This document shows, piece after piece, positions 27,035-39,675 of a stretch of DNA of 64,000 bases. Below the pieces are notes generated by a model. It had not been told where the DNA came from. It was given only the letters and a program-made list of their open reading frames with translations, and ran no database searches. The position numbers and the translations under genes were made by a program. Source of the stretch: Callorhinchus milii (lineage: Eukaryota); assembly GCF_018977255.1 (NCBI RefSeq), contig NW_024704742.1, forward strand, positions 93,250,001 to 93,314,000, given 5' to 3'. The number at the start of each line of letters is the position of its first letter. Position 1 is the first letter of the stretch.

Positions 27035-27450
27035 GTGGAGTCCTGTGGCTCGGTAGTCAGAGCAATTACCTCGCAAGCAAGAGGACCTGGATTTGATTCC
27101 CGAGCAGGGTGGGCATTGGGCAAGTTTCTTTGCTCCACACGCCTCTGTTTACCTAGCAGTACGTAGGAGCCCGGCTTGAACTTGCTTTCAAGGCCCTCCA
27201 AGGCCTTGCCCCTTCCTACCTCTGTGACCTGCTAACCCCATATCGATCTGTCCACTCCCTCTGCTCAGCGAGCTGCAGCCTGCTCCACAGCCCCCACCAT
27301 CGCCAGTCAGGCCTTCAGCCTCTCTGCCCCCACCCTCTGCCCTCTCCATCCCACATTACCTTCGCCTCACTCCCTCACTTGCCTCCTTCAAGGCACATCT
27401 CAAGACCCTCATCTTGGACTGCGCCTTTGGCTGCTCTCCACCCCTTCTTA
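27035..27450 (+). mobile_element. SINE tRNA head joined to an L2 3' fragment
   Basis: gtggagtcctgtggctc...gggcaagttt head, then ttcaaggccctccaaggccttgccc L2 sequence. Confidence 0.7.
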
Positions 27451-28525
27451 TTCCCAACTCCTCCGGCTCCCTAAATTATTGGGGGAGAAGGGTAGAGAAA
27501 ATACAGAATACAGCATCTAAACCAGTGGTGGCTGTCGTTTACGGTTGACCAACAAAATACATTTTCTTGATTGAATATTTCTTGATTTATGGCATTCAAT
27601 CAATCAAGAAAGAAAAAAACTAAAACACAACCAGTCAAACACTGGCTGACCTAGACTTGTCTGATGTTCATGGGGGTGGGGGGAGTGGTGTGGGGCCCAT
27701 CCAGAGGTTGGTCAGCACTGATTGATTGGATGGGGCTGTGGGGGAAAGGTTTATTGGGAGGAGTGGGACTGCTGTTAGTTCAACTGCCGAACACGTTACA
27801 ACGGCCTGTAGTAAGTGATCTCATGCTGGCTTGGGCCTTCATTTCTACTTCATTAATAGGATGCTTTCATCTTCTGAACATTGCACTATAATCCACAGTG
27901 ATGGGATGTTCTGATGTGTCTGTGTGGCTTGTCTGGAAATATAAAAACTACCTTTGCATTTTTTGACTACTGCTGTCTTTTTCCTTCCCCTGTGTTGAGC
28001 TGTTGCTTCCAGGGAGCCTTCCCTGTGGATTGCAGGTCTCTGGCGACTGACTTTGCTACAGAAGTATTGTATGGAAAAGGTGTTCATTTATCAATTTAAA
28101 AATAGAGCGTCTATTTTAAAGCTATGAGTTTCCTTCAAACAAAAATCTTAACAAAAAGTGTGACTGTAATTGTTTTCTGGACACGTTGCTATTTTGGGGA
28201 TTGCAAGTATGAATATGACACTGACGACACTTCATGCATTGGGGAAATCTTAGTAAATCAGATGACTATAATGAGTGACTATTTTTGCCAAACTGTGATG
28301 CATAATAAAAAAGTAATTTTGTAAGATATGCATGAGTTAATTGAAAACTGCTTCAATTCACATGGCAAAGGGGCTGTTGAACCAACGTCAAAACTTTATC
28401 AGTTAAGGCAACAGCACAGCTTTCCTTGCAGCTCAGCTAGCAAAGTTTTGCCTTGGTGGAACAGAGTCATTTAAACCAGAAAATCCCAAGTGTGATGCTT
28501 AACTCATTGAGGGAGGGGATCCCTT

Positions 28526-28823
28526 GAGGGTATCCACAAAGTCCTCTTAACCCCTGTTACAAAACAACATTATTGAGACTATGGAGAAGCTGAAACAAGC
28601 AGTCAGAGATACTTTGGCCTTGTCACTCCATCGTGTTACAGAAGATGTGGCATTGAACATGGGGATGGATCATTACCTGCCATGAAAATGATGGCACTCA
28701 CACTGATCCTCTGGATGTCTAAATAGTTAAACACTTGTACTGACTACAAATATCACCATTCTTCCACGTGTTTGTTGTTGGTAGGATAAAACATGGGGGT
28801 AACAGGATTTTGTGGACACCCTA
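28526..28823. mobile_element. MITE with terminal inverted repeats, copy 2
   Basis: agggtatccacaaagtcct...aggattttgtggacaccct followed by TA. Confidence 0.7.
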
Positions 28824-29546
28824 TAAGTTGGTTACACATGCTTCCATTTCATTTTGATGCTGATGGAAGTGTACCCCAACAGCAAAGTTGGTGTCAATGA
28901 GCTGAAATATTTGCATCTGCAGATTAATGCAAATTGACTGGCTGTGGTTTTCACTAGCAATAGTGAAACTTGTTTTTAAAAAGGTCACACAAAATAGAAA
29001 CCCAGGCATCTGTTGATGAGACATCAACTTGTCGTCTTCAGCAGCAATAATACAGTAAAACCGTTCCTGGTGCTGTGTTTTCAGCTCAGAAAGTGCAGTT
29101 AAGTACATTACATTTTACTCTGGGATGATGGATGAGGAACAGGCTCTTCTAAACAACTTGTCGAATGTAGTTTGCTGCCATTGAAGGTTCAGCTGACAAA
29201 TTTATTTTGTGAAGGTGAGAATTTAAGACATTGGATCCCAAAGCTCAGTGCATATCGTCTCTCAGGCTTTCTTTCACGTGCTTGACCTCTGGAAAATGTT
29301 GAAAGGTTGATGAGTACGTGGACAGGGATTAGACCTTCTTGATGCCAATGGAAAGAACTCTTCTAAAATTGATTGTTTTTTACATTATGCTGACTTCAAA
29401 TCTCTGTGGCCAGTTTTTGCCTGCACTTCGTGCAGATTGGCTTGAATCTTTCTCAGAATATTGATTGGCCTTATCAAAAAAGGATTTGGAAATCAAAAAT
29501 GGGAGATTCCATTGGTATTTGATCTGGCAAATGCAAGGATTATTAT

Positions 29547-29790
29547 AAACAAAACACAAAATACTGCATATGCTGGACATCTGAAACAAAAGCAGAAATC
29601 GCTGGGAACATACAGCAGGCCCGGCAACATCTGTGGAGGAAGGAAAGTGAGTCAACATTTCGAGTCCACAACCCTTCGTATGAACTCAAGAAGGTCAATT
29701 CACTGTTCTGATGAAGGGTCTTGGACCCGAAACATTGATTCTCCACATATGTTGCCTGACCTTCTGTGTGTTCCCAGCCATGTCTGTTTG
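29547..29790. mobile_element. Inverted-repeat element with hammerhead-like motifs (Penelope-like terminal repeat derivative), copy A
   Basis: Inverted arms; CTGATGA-A-GGGTCttgGACCC-GAAA; 15-bp flanking duplication. Confidence 0.75.
29703..29740 (+). ncRNA. Minimal type I hammerhead ribozyme-like motif
   Basis: Core CUGAUGA and GAAA around a perfect 5-bp stem II; stems I and III partly decayed. Confidence 0.55.
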
Positions 29791-30274
29791 TGCAAGGAGT
29801 ATTATTATTATAGATATACTGCTTCCCCAAATCCGGTATAAGTTTACCTCTGGGTATAACGAATTGTGATTTTATTATTATTTTACATTTCCCCCTTCTC
29901 ACTCCTTTTACCACTCGGGCCCCAATGTCTCAAAAAAAGAGATGAAGCAAGCTGATCAAGCGCTCCGGGAGGTTACCCAGCATGAAGGGTGCTATATAAA
30001 TGGAAGTTGTTGTTGTCGTTTTGTTCTGCTTTATAATGGACACTAGATGGAGTATTTACAAAAGCTGGTCGCTGGCTAAATAATAATAATAATTTGGTCA
30101 CTCAATCGACGACTGTTTGTGGGACACCGCTGTGCGCAATTGTCTACCACATTTCCTACCAAAAATACGCAATCACTACACTTTACAGTATATTTTGTGA
30201 AAAGCTTGAGATGTCTCAACAACGTGATTAGGTGCTACATCAAATGAGAGGATTATTATTAGAGCAACCTGTAG

Positions 30275-30695
30275 TATAATAATCCTTACCTTTGAAATAG
30301 CACCTTTCACAGTAGGAGAATGTCTCCATGTGCTTCATGAGATTTACTGTAACGTTTAGTAATTGTATTTTGTGGGCGAACACGGCAGGCAATTTCAACA
30401 CAGAAATGTCCCACAAACAGCCATGAAACGAATGACCAATTTTATTTGGGGGATTGTTGGCCAGGACACCAGAAGAAACTCCCTTCTCTTTTCAAATAGT
30501 GCCATGGATCTTTAACATCCTCCTCAACATGCAGATTGACCTCAGTTTAACATCCAATCCGAACGATGAGACCTCTGACAACGCAGAGCTTCCCCAACGC
30601 TATATTGGAGTTAGACTTAGAGCTCAAAGTCCTGACGTGGAGCTTGAACCTACAACTATCTTGACTCTGAAGCAAAAATGTTTGCCAATGTTTGC
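30275..30695 (-). mobile_element. DeuSINE
   Basis: Reverse complement of the 4255 and 9030 family. Confidence 0.8.
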
Positions 30696-30764
30696 CAAAA
30701 TACCAATGTTCCACAGAATAATTAATGGAAGAGAAAATACAAAACAGGAGAGGGAGATTTGACT

Positions 30765-31420
30765 TATTAAGATTCGATCCCCAGCTTCCAAGATTCGCCC
30801 CTTTCTATCCCACATTTGGTCCGTGACCATGAGCGCTTGCCTTCACCTCCATCACAGAGCTCGATTCCCAAGCACCCTGCACAGGGGAAACTTTCATCCA
30901 CGTTTTCATCACCTCCCACTTCTATTATTCCAATTCCCCGCCACCCGCCAGTCTCCCCAGCTCTCCACAAAATCCAATTAATTCAAAACTCTGCAGTATA
31001 CTCACCCGCACTAAAATCCGTATCCCCATCACACCACTGCTTGTCAGGATCCACTTGCTCCCTATCATAGAATGGATAGACCTCAAGATTCTCTCAATCA
31101 TTTACAAATCCTTTCATGCCCTGACACCTCCCTACCTCTCCGACCTGCGTTTTCCCCACTCCACCACTTGCCATCTCCGCTCAGTTGGTTCCAGCCTCCT
31201 CCTTGTCCCTCGTCCCCTCCCTACGCCATTGGTTGTGGTGCTTTCTCTCTCCCTCAATCCCTTTGTCTTGCCCCATTTTCAAATCATGCTTGAAGACCCT
31301 CCTCTTCGAAGGTGCCTAGTCACCCCCCCCTTCCCTCCGGCTTGATGTGCTGTTTCATCACTGTTATGTGTTCCAAGATGCTACCCTGGATGAAGGGTGC
31401 TATATAAATGCAAGCTGTTG
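30765..31420 (+). mobile_element. L2 LINE 3' fragment
   Basis: LHKIQLIQNSA and IDLKILSIIYK motifs, L2 tail. Confidence 0.8.
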
Positions 31421-31707
31421 TATTTTACGGGTGGGCAGAGAAGCTGGCACAGATGGGACACTCCAGGTAGCTCAGTCAGTTGAGCAACGATCAGACTTGA
31501 GACCAAGTTTCTGGATTCAGCCCTCCCCCACCGCGCTCCTCAAGGTCAGATCTTACCATTGTGGTTTGCAAATAATTTTGGATTTAGTTTCTATGTTTTA
31601 CAATTATGTGCCACATTTAAAAATATTTCCTTGGCAGAATAGGAAGAAAGGTGAGGGGAGAGAGTCTCTCTTTCTGATGAGACACTCCAGGCAGTTATGC
31701 AGTAATA

Positions 31708-32053
31708 GAATAATAATCCTTGCATTTGATATAGTGCCTTATCACGTCGTCAAGAGCTCTCAAAGTGCTTCACAGAATATACCATATAGTGTAGTGACTG
31801 TATATTTTGTGGGCGAAACATGGCAGCCAACTGCGCACAGCAGTGTCCCACAACAGTTGTGGATTGAGTCAACACATTATATATTTTTTTGAAGGAATTA
31901 TTATCCTCGGAAAAGCGATTACAACTGGGTTCCTACTTACTGCGAGGTAAACAGAGGTGTGTGGAGTAAGGAAACTTGCCCAATGTTTCGCCCGGCCGAG
32001 AATCAAACCCAGGTCCTCCTGCGAGGCTATAACTACTACGCTACAGGATTCCA
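31708..32053 (-). mobile_element. tRNA-derived SINE, longer-head subfamily
   Basis: Same tail as 3604-3928; head includes ctctgtttacc...cagtaagtagg as at 27035. Confidence 0.8.
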
Positions 32054-32616
32054 CGTTATGGAGTAATAAAGCAAAAAACCTCAGAGAAATCACCTCAACC
32101 AAAATATCAATATGTCAGACAGTGATTATATCTACAGTGGCCCAAGTGCAGCTCATTTTAATTTGCAGATAATAAATGGGAGAAAAGAGTCGCTCAGAGA
32201 GGTGATCTGTAACATTGAATGCCCTTCCACCTTTGATTATATTTGAACGCTTTGAAGGCTCAGCATTTCTGCTGAAACAGAATCTCAAAAACTAACATTT
32301 ATTTTGAAAAAAATGACACTGCACAAAGAAATGAATCGAATTTTAAAAAAAAGTATTAACTTCAGTTCCCGCATTCACTGTGCACTTTAAAGTTTAAATG
32401 GGAAAAATGCAGAGAACAGAAAATACCTCAGGGGAAGTGTCCCATATCTTACCCATGAAAGGAAAATCCCAAAGCATAGCAACTCCATCACAAAGGAAAC
32501 AAGCGCACGTGATGTTTACCATTGACATCTCGATTTACTCATGTTGTTGGGAAGTTAGCTGGAATGATGAATTCTGGTTTCTTTGGGACTGTTATTGAAC
32601 CTGGTTCAATGGAATC

Positions 32617-32633
32617 GTCAACAGGGGGCAGTA
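32617..32633 (+). promoter_or_regulatory. Candidate CTCF site
   Basis: gtcaacagggggcagta resembles the CTCF core. Confidence 0.4.
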
Positions 32634-34323
32634 AAACCCTGCAGATTGTTTTAACAAGGTGACCCACGAGTTCCTTTATTAAATACAAATGACACACAAA
32701 ACCACAATTTATGATTTTTTACACTGAAATATTCCACATTTATATCAAGTAATTTAAGCTACTGTTAGTTTTAATGCAATTAAACATGAATTATGTTTAC
32801 TTGGTTCCAGTTTCATTCATATATTCAGTATATGGTGTTTTGCCCACAAAATATAGTCAATTAATTTTACAGTCGGTTCTGTGAAGCGCTTTGAGACGTC
32901 TCAAAGATGTGATAAGGCGATATATCAAATGCAAGGATTATTATTATATTCTGCAAATTCAGCTCCTTGCTTTAGAAAAAACTAGTGGTGAACAGACAAC
33001 ATTGTGTTCTGGACCAAATACAAATCATTATTCTTTGCCAAGTACGAGCTGCATCTGACCTCTTCCACAAAAACAGACTTTCAACAACAACAAAATTACA
33101 TTTATGTAGCACCTTTCAAGTCGGGAGGACTTTCTCTCAAAACATTCCACGGTTATAAGACTGGCTGCCAACAATGCTAATCCCATTGCTTTTACTTTAG
33201 ATAAATTGAAGATGAGTCGTCATTCCACATATACTTCAGTCCTAGTAATATTAAGTTAAGTTCATTCATAATTACTGGTCTACAGCAAGTGTATTCAATC
33301 TGGAAAATTCAGAATCATCCACAACTCCAACGTCATCTGAAACCAGATTTTCCTATTCCTCGTTACTGGGGATGGGGGAAGCAGATTGCGTTTACTATTT
33401 TAAAATCAAATTGCTAATAATCCACGTTGCGGGTGAAATGGAACTCATCAGGAAAATGGTAGCATTGACTGGAGCTCAGCCACTGGAAAAAACATCTGGC
33501 GACAAACTGCACCTGCGCCACATACTTCTCAATATACCCTCGGCTCCATCCTAAGATCATCTCTACTAAACAGCACTCCATTTATTAGTCTAGGTGAGGA
33601 ATTGAAATATCCTGTAGTGGAGTAAAGAGAAAATTCTCCTTCATCAGCCAAAATGTATTACTTTACACAAACTCTCTCCTTCCCCCCCACCAAGCAATGA
33701 GGTGGTGCAGGCAATGTGGACAAGATCACATAATAGCAGTTCTCCTCCCCTAATTGATCCGACTCGCAGTAAATTACATTCCAAACCTCGTCTCCCACCT
33801 ATTTGGGAAAATGCTGATAAAAGCTCTACCAGGTGCTTGAACAATGATTTCTCAGTCCCCAGCACCAAGGTCTTGTGCTTTCTAAAGACCTTTCCTAACC
33901 ACAGATTGCTGTTGCCACAGTTCAAGATAACTGCTTTAACATCCAGTAAACAAAGACATTGATTTATAAGCTTCAACTGCCTTTCTGACCCAAGAAAGGT
34001 CAAGTTGGCTACAATAAATTCAAATGTTTTCCTTTTGTTGCCACAGCAACATCAAACTGCCTTTGTAATTTTAACTTTGAATAACTGATCATTGTAAACT
34101 AATTTTGTTACAAAACTTAAAAGATGTTTTTTAAAAAAATAAGCTATTATGTAAATAGATTTACATTAAAACTGCAGAGATTAAGTCATGTACGTTTTGT
34201 GAATTTAAACCAGCCTTAAGAGCACAGTTGGCTAATGTAAACGCTGGATAACTCGTCACTCCAAGGGAAAACAGTTCAGAGGCTAGTTATGTGTAGTGAC
34301 TAGTTAAACATAGGTCCTCCCGG

Positions 34324-34340
34324 GCCACAAGGGGGCGCTG
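34324..34340 (+). promoter_or_regulatory. Candidate CTCF site (strong match)
   Basis: gccacaagggggcgctg fits the CCACNAGGGGGCGC core. Confidence 0.6.
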
Positions 34341-34384
34341 TGACTGGTGCCAGTGCTTGGCAGAGGTTGGGAGCGCATGCTCAG

Positions 34385-34570
34385 ATGTATCATAGATAAC
34401 ATTTAAGCAGAAGCTAGATAGGTACATGAGGGAGAAAAGAATAGAAAGAAGATTATGCTGATAGGCTTAGTTGAGAAAGGGCAGGAGGAAGGTCATGTGG
34501 AGCATAAATTCTGGCATTGACCGATTGGCCTGTTTCTGTGCTGTATGTTATATGTAATTCTATGTAATCA
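34385..34570 (+). mobile_element. CR1-type LINE/SINE 3' tail
   Basis: ttggcctgtttctgtgctgtatgtt...tatgtaattctatg tail. Confidence 0.6.
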
Positions 34571-36098
34571 CAAAGGCCTTTGGTCTATTGGAGGACCGTG
34601 CCATGGCGTCCCACCCTCTCTGGTTTATTGGAGGGCTGCACCTTCAGCCCCCGACCGATCCTGTAACAGTATAGAGCAGGAGGCCATGGCCCAGCCCTCC
34701 ATTAGACCTGGGGTCTTTGCGATGCATTGATGCATGTGCTCCCAACCTCCGCGAGCGCCCTCACCAGTCACACGATAGAGCGGGTTGCAAGACACCATCT
34801 TATAGGATGAGTTATCCAATCCATTTTACCTGACAAGAATTTCTAGAATGTTAGTGGTTACATGTATGGTGGAGTGACGATTAAAGCAAAGTTCTTATTA
34901 TTATTATTTTGCACAGCTAGTGACGGGATATTAACAGCATGGTGACTAAGCCAGGGTTGAGTTATCCAGAGTTTACTGTACATTCTTTAAACGGTTAGTT
35001 TAAGCTCTTTGAGGCTATGAATTTAAAATACATTTGTACCATTAACATCAATTTAAAATAATGATCAAGGGAGCAAAGGGGGAAGATTAGGAGAATTTTT
35101 TGTCACAGGTTGTTAAGATGTGGGAGTGGTCGAGGCAGAATCCATATTAACTTTGGCGATATCTGGAAAGGAATAATTTACAGTATTATGGAGACGAGGC
35201 AAGTATTGTTTCTTCGGGTTCTGTTTCCAACACATCGACTGGTGTACAAGAGGCCCCTCTCCCCAACCCCAACACCCCCCACCCCAGCACCTACTTCAAC
35301 AGTTGTGTGCAAGAAGACACTGGACTTCAGATTGGCAAAATACTGCCTTACAGAAACAAAGTCAGAATAAAGGCAGCAATAACAGATAGTCCAATGCCGC
35401 AATGACAGTCTAATGCGGATGATGTCACCAAGGGGGAGTATGTAGAGGATGAAACCAGTCATCAAATTATAACTGGTTTTAAAGTCGCTGTTCTGGATAC
35501 TGTAACCTAAAGTATTGTAAACGTTTTTTTCACTTTCCTGTGCCTTTCTCTTCTCGATGACATTAAGGTGTTATATCAAATGCAAGGATTATTATTATCC
35601 ACCCACTTGTCTAACAACGTGCATATTTTCACTGGTCCTGAACTAAGCTATAAACCCCCAGGCCGAGAAGTGAAATGCTTGTAATCCTAAACAGGTGTAA
35701 TGCACGTCACAGCAGGCTTCTTGGACATTACATTAGAAAGGGTGTTGGGGGAGGAAAAAAAGAGTTTGTGAATCGCTTACAGCACTCCTGGAAGCCTCAA
35801 CAACAACTTGCATTAACGCAGCGCTCTTCATGTGGGATTGCGTTTCAGAGCACCGAACAATGGAGTTTGACACCGAGAAAAGGGAGGTTACCGTAGGCAC
35901 GGTCAAAGAGGACGTTCAATTAGCAGAGGGGTGGGGGGTGCAGAAGGCCAGCTGGTATGTTAAATGTCATAAGGTTTCTATTTGGACACGCATTGCAAAA
36001 TGTACTCCATCATTATAATCTTTGCTGGTAAGAAATGAACTGAATGGCAGAGCAATTATTTTGCCCACAAAACATATAATCAATTCACTTTACACCAT

Positions 36099-36624
36099 AA
36101 ACAAAACGCAAAATACTGCAGATGCTGGAAATCTGAAACAAAAACAGAAGTCGCTGGGAACACTCAGCAGGTCAGGCAGCATCTATGGAGAAAGGAAAGT
36201 GAGTCAATGTTTCGGATCTACGATCCTTCAGCAGAACTGGGGCATGTAAAGAGTTAAATTGCCACCCGTTATGCTAATATTAATATATCATTGAGAAATC
36301 TAATGCTACGCAGTCAATAATTGGAGACGACATGTTCATAAATGTGACCGCCCCCACCACCCCCAACAACGAATTGACACAACGGTGCAGCTCAAATCCA
36401 GTTCAGAATTAACACCTCTTTAACCCATCATCCCGTCCTGTACCCGTCTTCGTCTTCCTTGCCCTGCCCCCCCCCCCACCACCCTCTGTTAGTCTTTAAA
36501 AGCCTCTTCCTCTCCCAACATGCCGCAGTTGACGAAGGGTTGTGGACCTAAAACGTTGACTCACTTTCCTTTCTCCATAGATGCTGCCTGACCTGCTGAG
36601 TGTTCCCAGCGACTTCTGTTTTGT
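36099..36624. mobile_element. Inverted-repeat element with hammerhead-like motifs, copy B
   Basis: Arms ~36138-36245 and ~36518-36624 are reverse complements; same left end as copy A; 15-bp flanking duplication. Confidence 0.8.
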
Positions 36625-38200
36625 TTCACTTTACAGCATATTCTGTGAAGCGCTTTGAGAAGTCTAGAAGACGTGATAAGGCGCTTTATCAAATGGAAGG
36701 ATTATTAATTTTTGACATATTTTCCCTCCCCATCAAAACCTCTTACACACTCTGGCACCTTTGCTTTCCATGAACACACCGTCGTTAGTGGTGATAGGTG
36801 GCGTCGTGTTATTCAACACAGACAATAGGGGTTCAAGAACCAATCACTCCCCACGTGAATTATCGTGATAGTCAAATATGTGTAGAACAGTTGAGCTAAT
36901 ATTTAACAAGGCAGATTACTGTCTAATGCCAGTCAAATCAGTTTCTTTTAAAAAACTGGCAAAACAGTTCATACTTATACTGGTAGCTTGGCCTCTATTC
37001 CAGTTTTGATGTTGATGAATGCGATAACGTTTAAGTTGTGGAATGCATGAAGAAGCCAAAATACTCACTGATCAGTGTGGTGTATAGATTTGCTTTTGTA
37101 ATTTGGAGGTAGATGGGATTTAATGACTTCAAATTCCTGGATGATACTCACCTCTTAGAACATTTCTAAATGGAAATCACCTCATGGGCTGAAAATTGCC
37201 ACCCGTCATACTAATGTTAATATATCATTGAGAAATCTAATTCTACGCAATCAATAATTGGAGACATTGATGTGTTCATAAACGTGACCCCCCCACCCAT
37301 GAATTGACTGAACGGTTCAGCCCAAATCCAGTTCACAGAATTAAACTGCAAACTATGAACTCGAATTATAGCTGGTATTTTACGAGTCGGAAAATCCTGT
37401 GCGCGAGTTGAAGCCGTGACAACTTGTAGCACAAACTCATTCCCCCTCCCCTAGATTATAAATAAATCTCGAATTTCTAGCAGATTATAAATAAATCATA
37501 GTCCATTCCCTCTGATGAGAACATCACATATTTTGTCATTTCCAGACTCAACTTCTCCCAGCATTCTGCTCACCTGGCCTTTCGAGTTCTGTGCTCCACC
37601 AGCGCCAATCACGCCAATCCAGAACTCAGCAGCCCACATTCCCCAACACCTTGATCCTCACCTGCTTCCAGTCTCCCTCGTCCCCAGCAAAATCCAACTT
37701 AAGATCCTGGTTCTTGCCTCCAAATGGTTCCACAGCCTTGCCCCTCTAATTATCAGTGGTGCTACTACCCCACCCCCTCCATTCAGCCTAAACCTCTTTC
37801 TTTGACACGTTTGATGTGTGAAAATTTTACGATTCCAAAGAGCGATTTCATTAGGGTATTTCATTTATATAATATATATATACATACACACACAGAAAGA
37901 GAGTTCACAGATTTTGTGCATGATATTGAGCGCTATAAAATGCTGGCTGATTAGTTAGGATATTGATTTGGTACATTTCCACAATCCAAACTATTTACAC
38001 GATCAGTTTCTGAGAATCTTTAATGTAAATCATTTCAATTTCAACTTAGCTAACACATTTTCATGTTGTAACCCCTCGCAAACAGCAACTCGGATGCATT
38101 TTAAAATCCAGTGTTACTTACTGTTGTCAGATCAGAATAAGCTGAACCCAAACAATTAAAATTCCATCCAAGGTTTATGTTTTTGCAAAAGTGCATGTAT

Positions 38201-38206
38201 TTTATT
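38201..38206 (-). terminator. Candidate SASS6 polyadenylation signal (AATAAA on -)
   Basis: tttatt on +, about 1.4 kb past the stop, with several TGTA motifs just upstream on -. Confidence 0.55.
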
Positions 38207-39580
38207 TCTTCAAAATATGTATGCAACACTCATATTAAATACAAAGTATGTTACAATTTGTACATTGACATTCAGTAAAACAGATGTCATAACTTACTAC
38301 TTATAGTATGATAGGTATCACTTGTGTACATCTGATGTGCTTTAAATTCCCTGATGCAATTATATTAGTCACCAATTGAAGTGAAACAATGCACCACAAC
38401 TCATATCTGCACAAAAGAGCTGCCGAAGTGTAGGCAAATAATCTGACAGTACGCGTGATGCACAGTGCTTCTATTTGTTGGGCAATAATATCTGAAATCC
38501 TATTCATATACAACGATGAAATTTAATCTGCAGGTACAAAAGTTTACAACAAATGCTCTACAGGCAAGGTAAAATTCACCATTTTTTCCTTTCCAATGCA
38601 AAATATCAGTCCTCAATAGGATAACTGACCTCCACAGCACTTGGCAGGGCCAGCCCACTCCTATGTTGTAATACTGACTGTATACACTGAATTAATGTGA
38701 GGTTTCAATAATAAAACTGAATGAAATGAAAATTGAACTGAAGGCTAGTTTCTGTTAGTTGATTCACATAACCAGTTTGATGCTAAGAAAGAGGGCATAC
38801 AGTAATTCCAACTAATCAAACACATAGAAACACAGTTTTCTTCTATTCAATGTCAACTGGTGCCACACACGATTCTGGGTAAAGAAAAGCAGTCCTATAA
38901 GAGAGGTAGCATAGCTTGACCAAAAAAAGACGAAAGCTACAAAACAAAGATGGTGATAACACAATAATGCACAAACTGACGAATTATGCTGAGTTCCATC
39001 CCCTAAAAGTTTGCATAAAGAGAAATTAATAGGGAAAAATTCTACAAATAGTAAGACAAAACTAAACATCAAAAAGACATAGTATGAATCTAGCAGAAGG
39101 TAGTCCATATTCTCTACTCTGTAATGTTTGATACCCAAGATCTACATTGTTAAACTTACTCTCAACCTGTCCATTGCTCCAAAATATTTACCATTCACAC
39201 CAATCCAGTGATTTGTAAGGAACATGATAGAAAACTAACCTAAGACATACAACAGGTACTTTGGTATATTTCCTCCCCCGAACCTGGCTCTAACCTGTAC
39301 AGGAGACCTTTTCCTAAAATGAAGGTTATATTTGTCTATAGATTAATAGTTTGGGAATGGCAATGGAATGCATTCTGGCAGTTTGAATGAGCATCTTGAG
39401 TTATCGTAATGATCACTGTCCATTTCTTACAATGAATAAATAGACCTAAATGTAATCCTGCATAAAGCTGCAGTAAACTACCCAAGAGGCCTGTCTTTAG
39501 AAAAGGAATTTCTTTTCTCACAATCCCTGTCACAGTGTGACTGTGAGTTACGCTGAGAAGTTGTATTCCATCCTCTTCTC

Positions 39581-39675
39581 TCACGATGCTGGGAGTCTCG
39601 GCTGTTGTCCTGGGAAGTAGGCAGACACTCTTGGTGGTGGATTTCCTGGTTTAGATACAGGTGGCCTAGTTGATA
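39581..39675 (-). CDS. SASS6: SASS6 last coding exon (95 nt to TGA)
   Basis: aattag|TA TCA...TCG TGA; (V)[30 protein letters not shown]. Confidence 0.92.

Noticed and set aside
33370..34003. Possible L1/Tx1 endonuclease remnant or 119-aa ORF
   Set aside because: Only faint motif resemblance (VAGE, NIWRQ); cannot be supported without a search.
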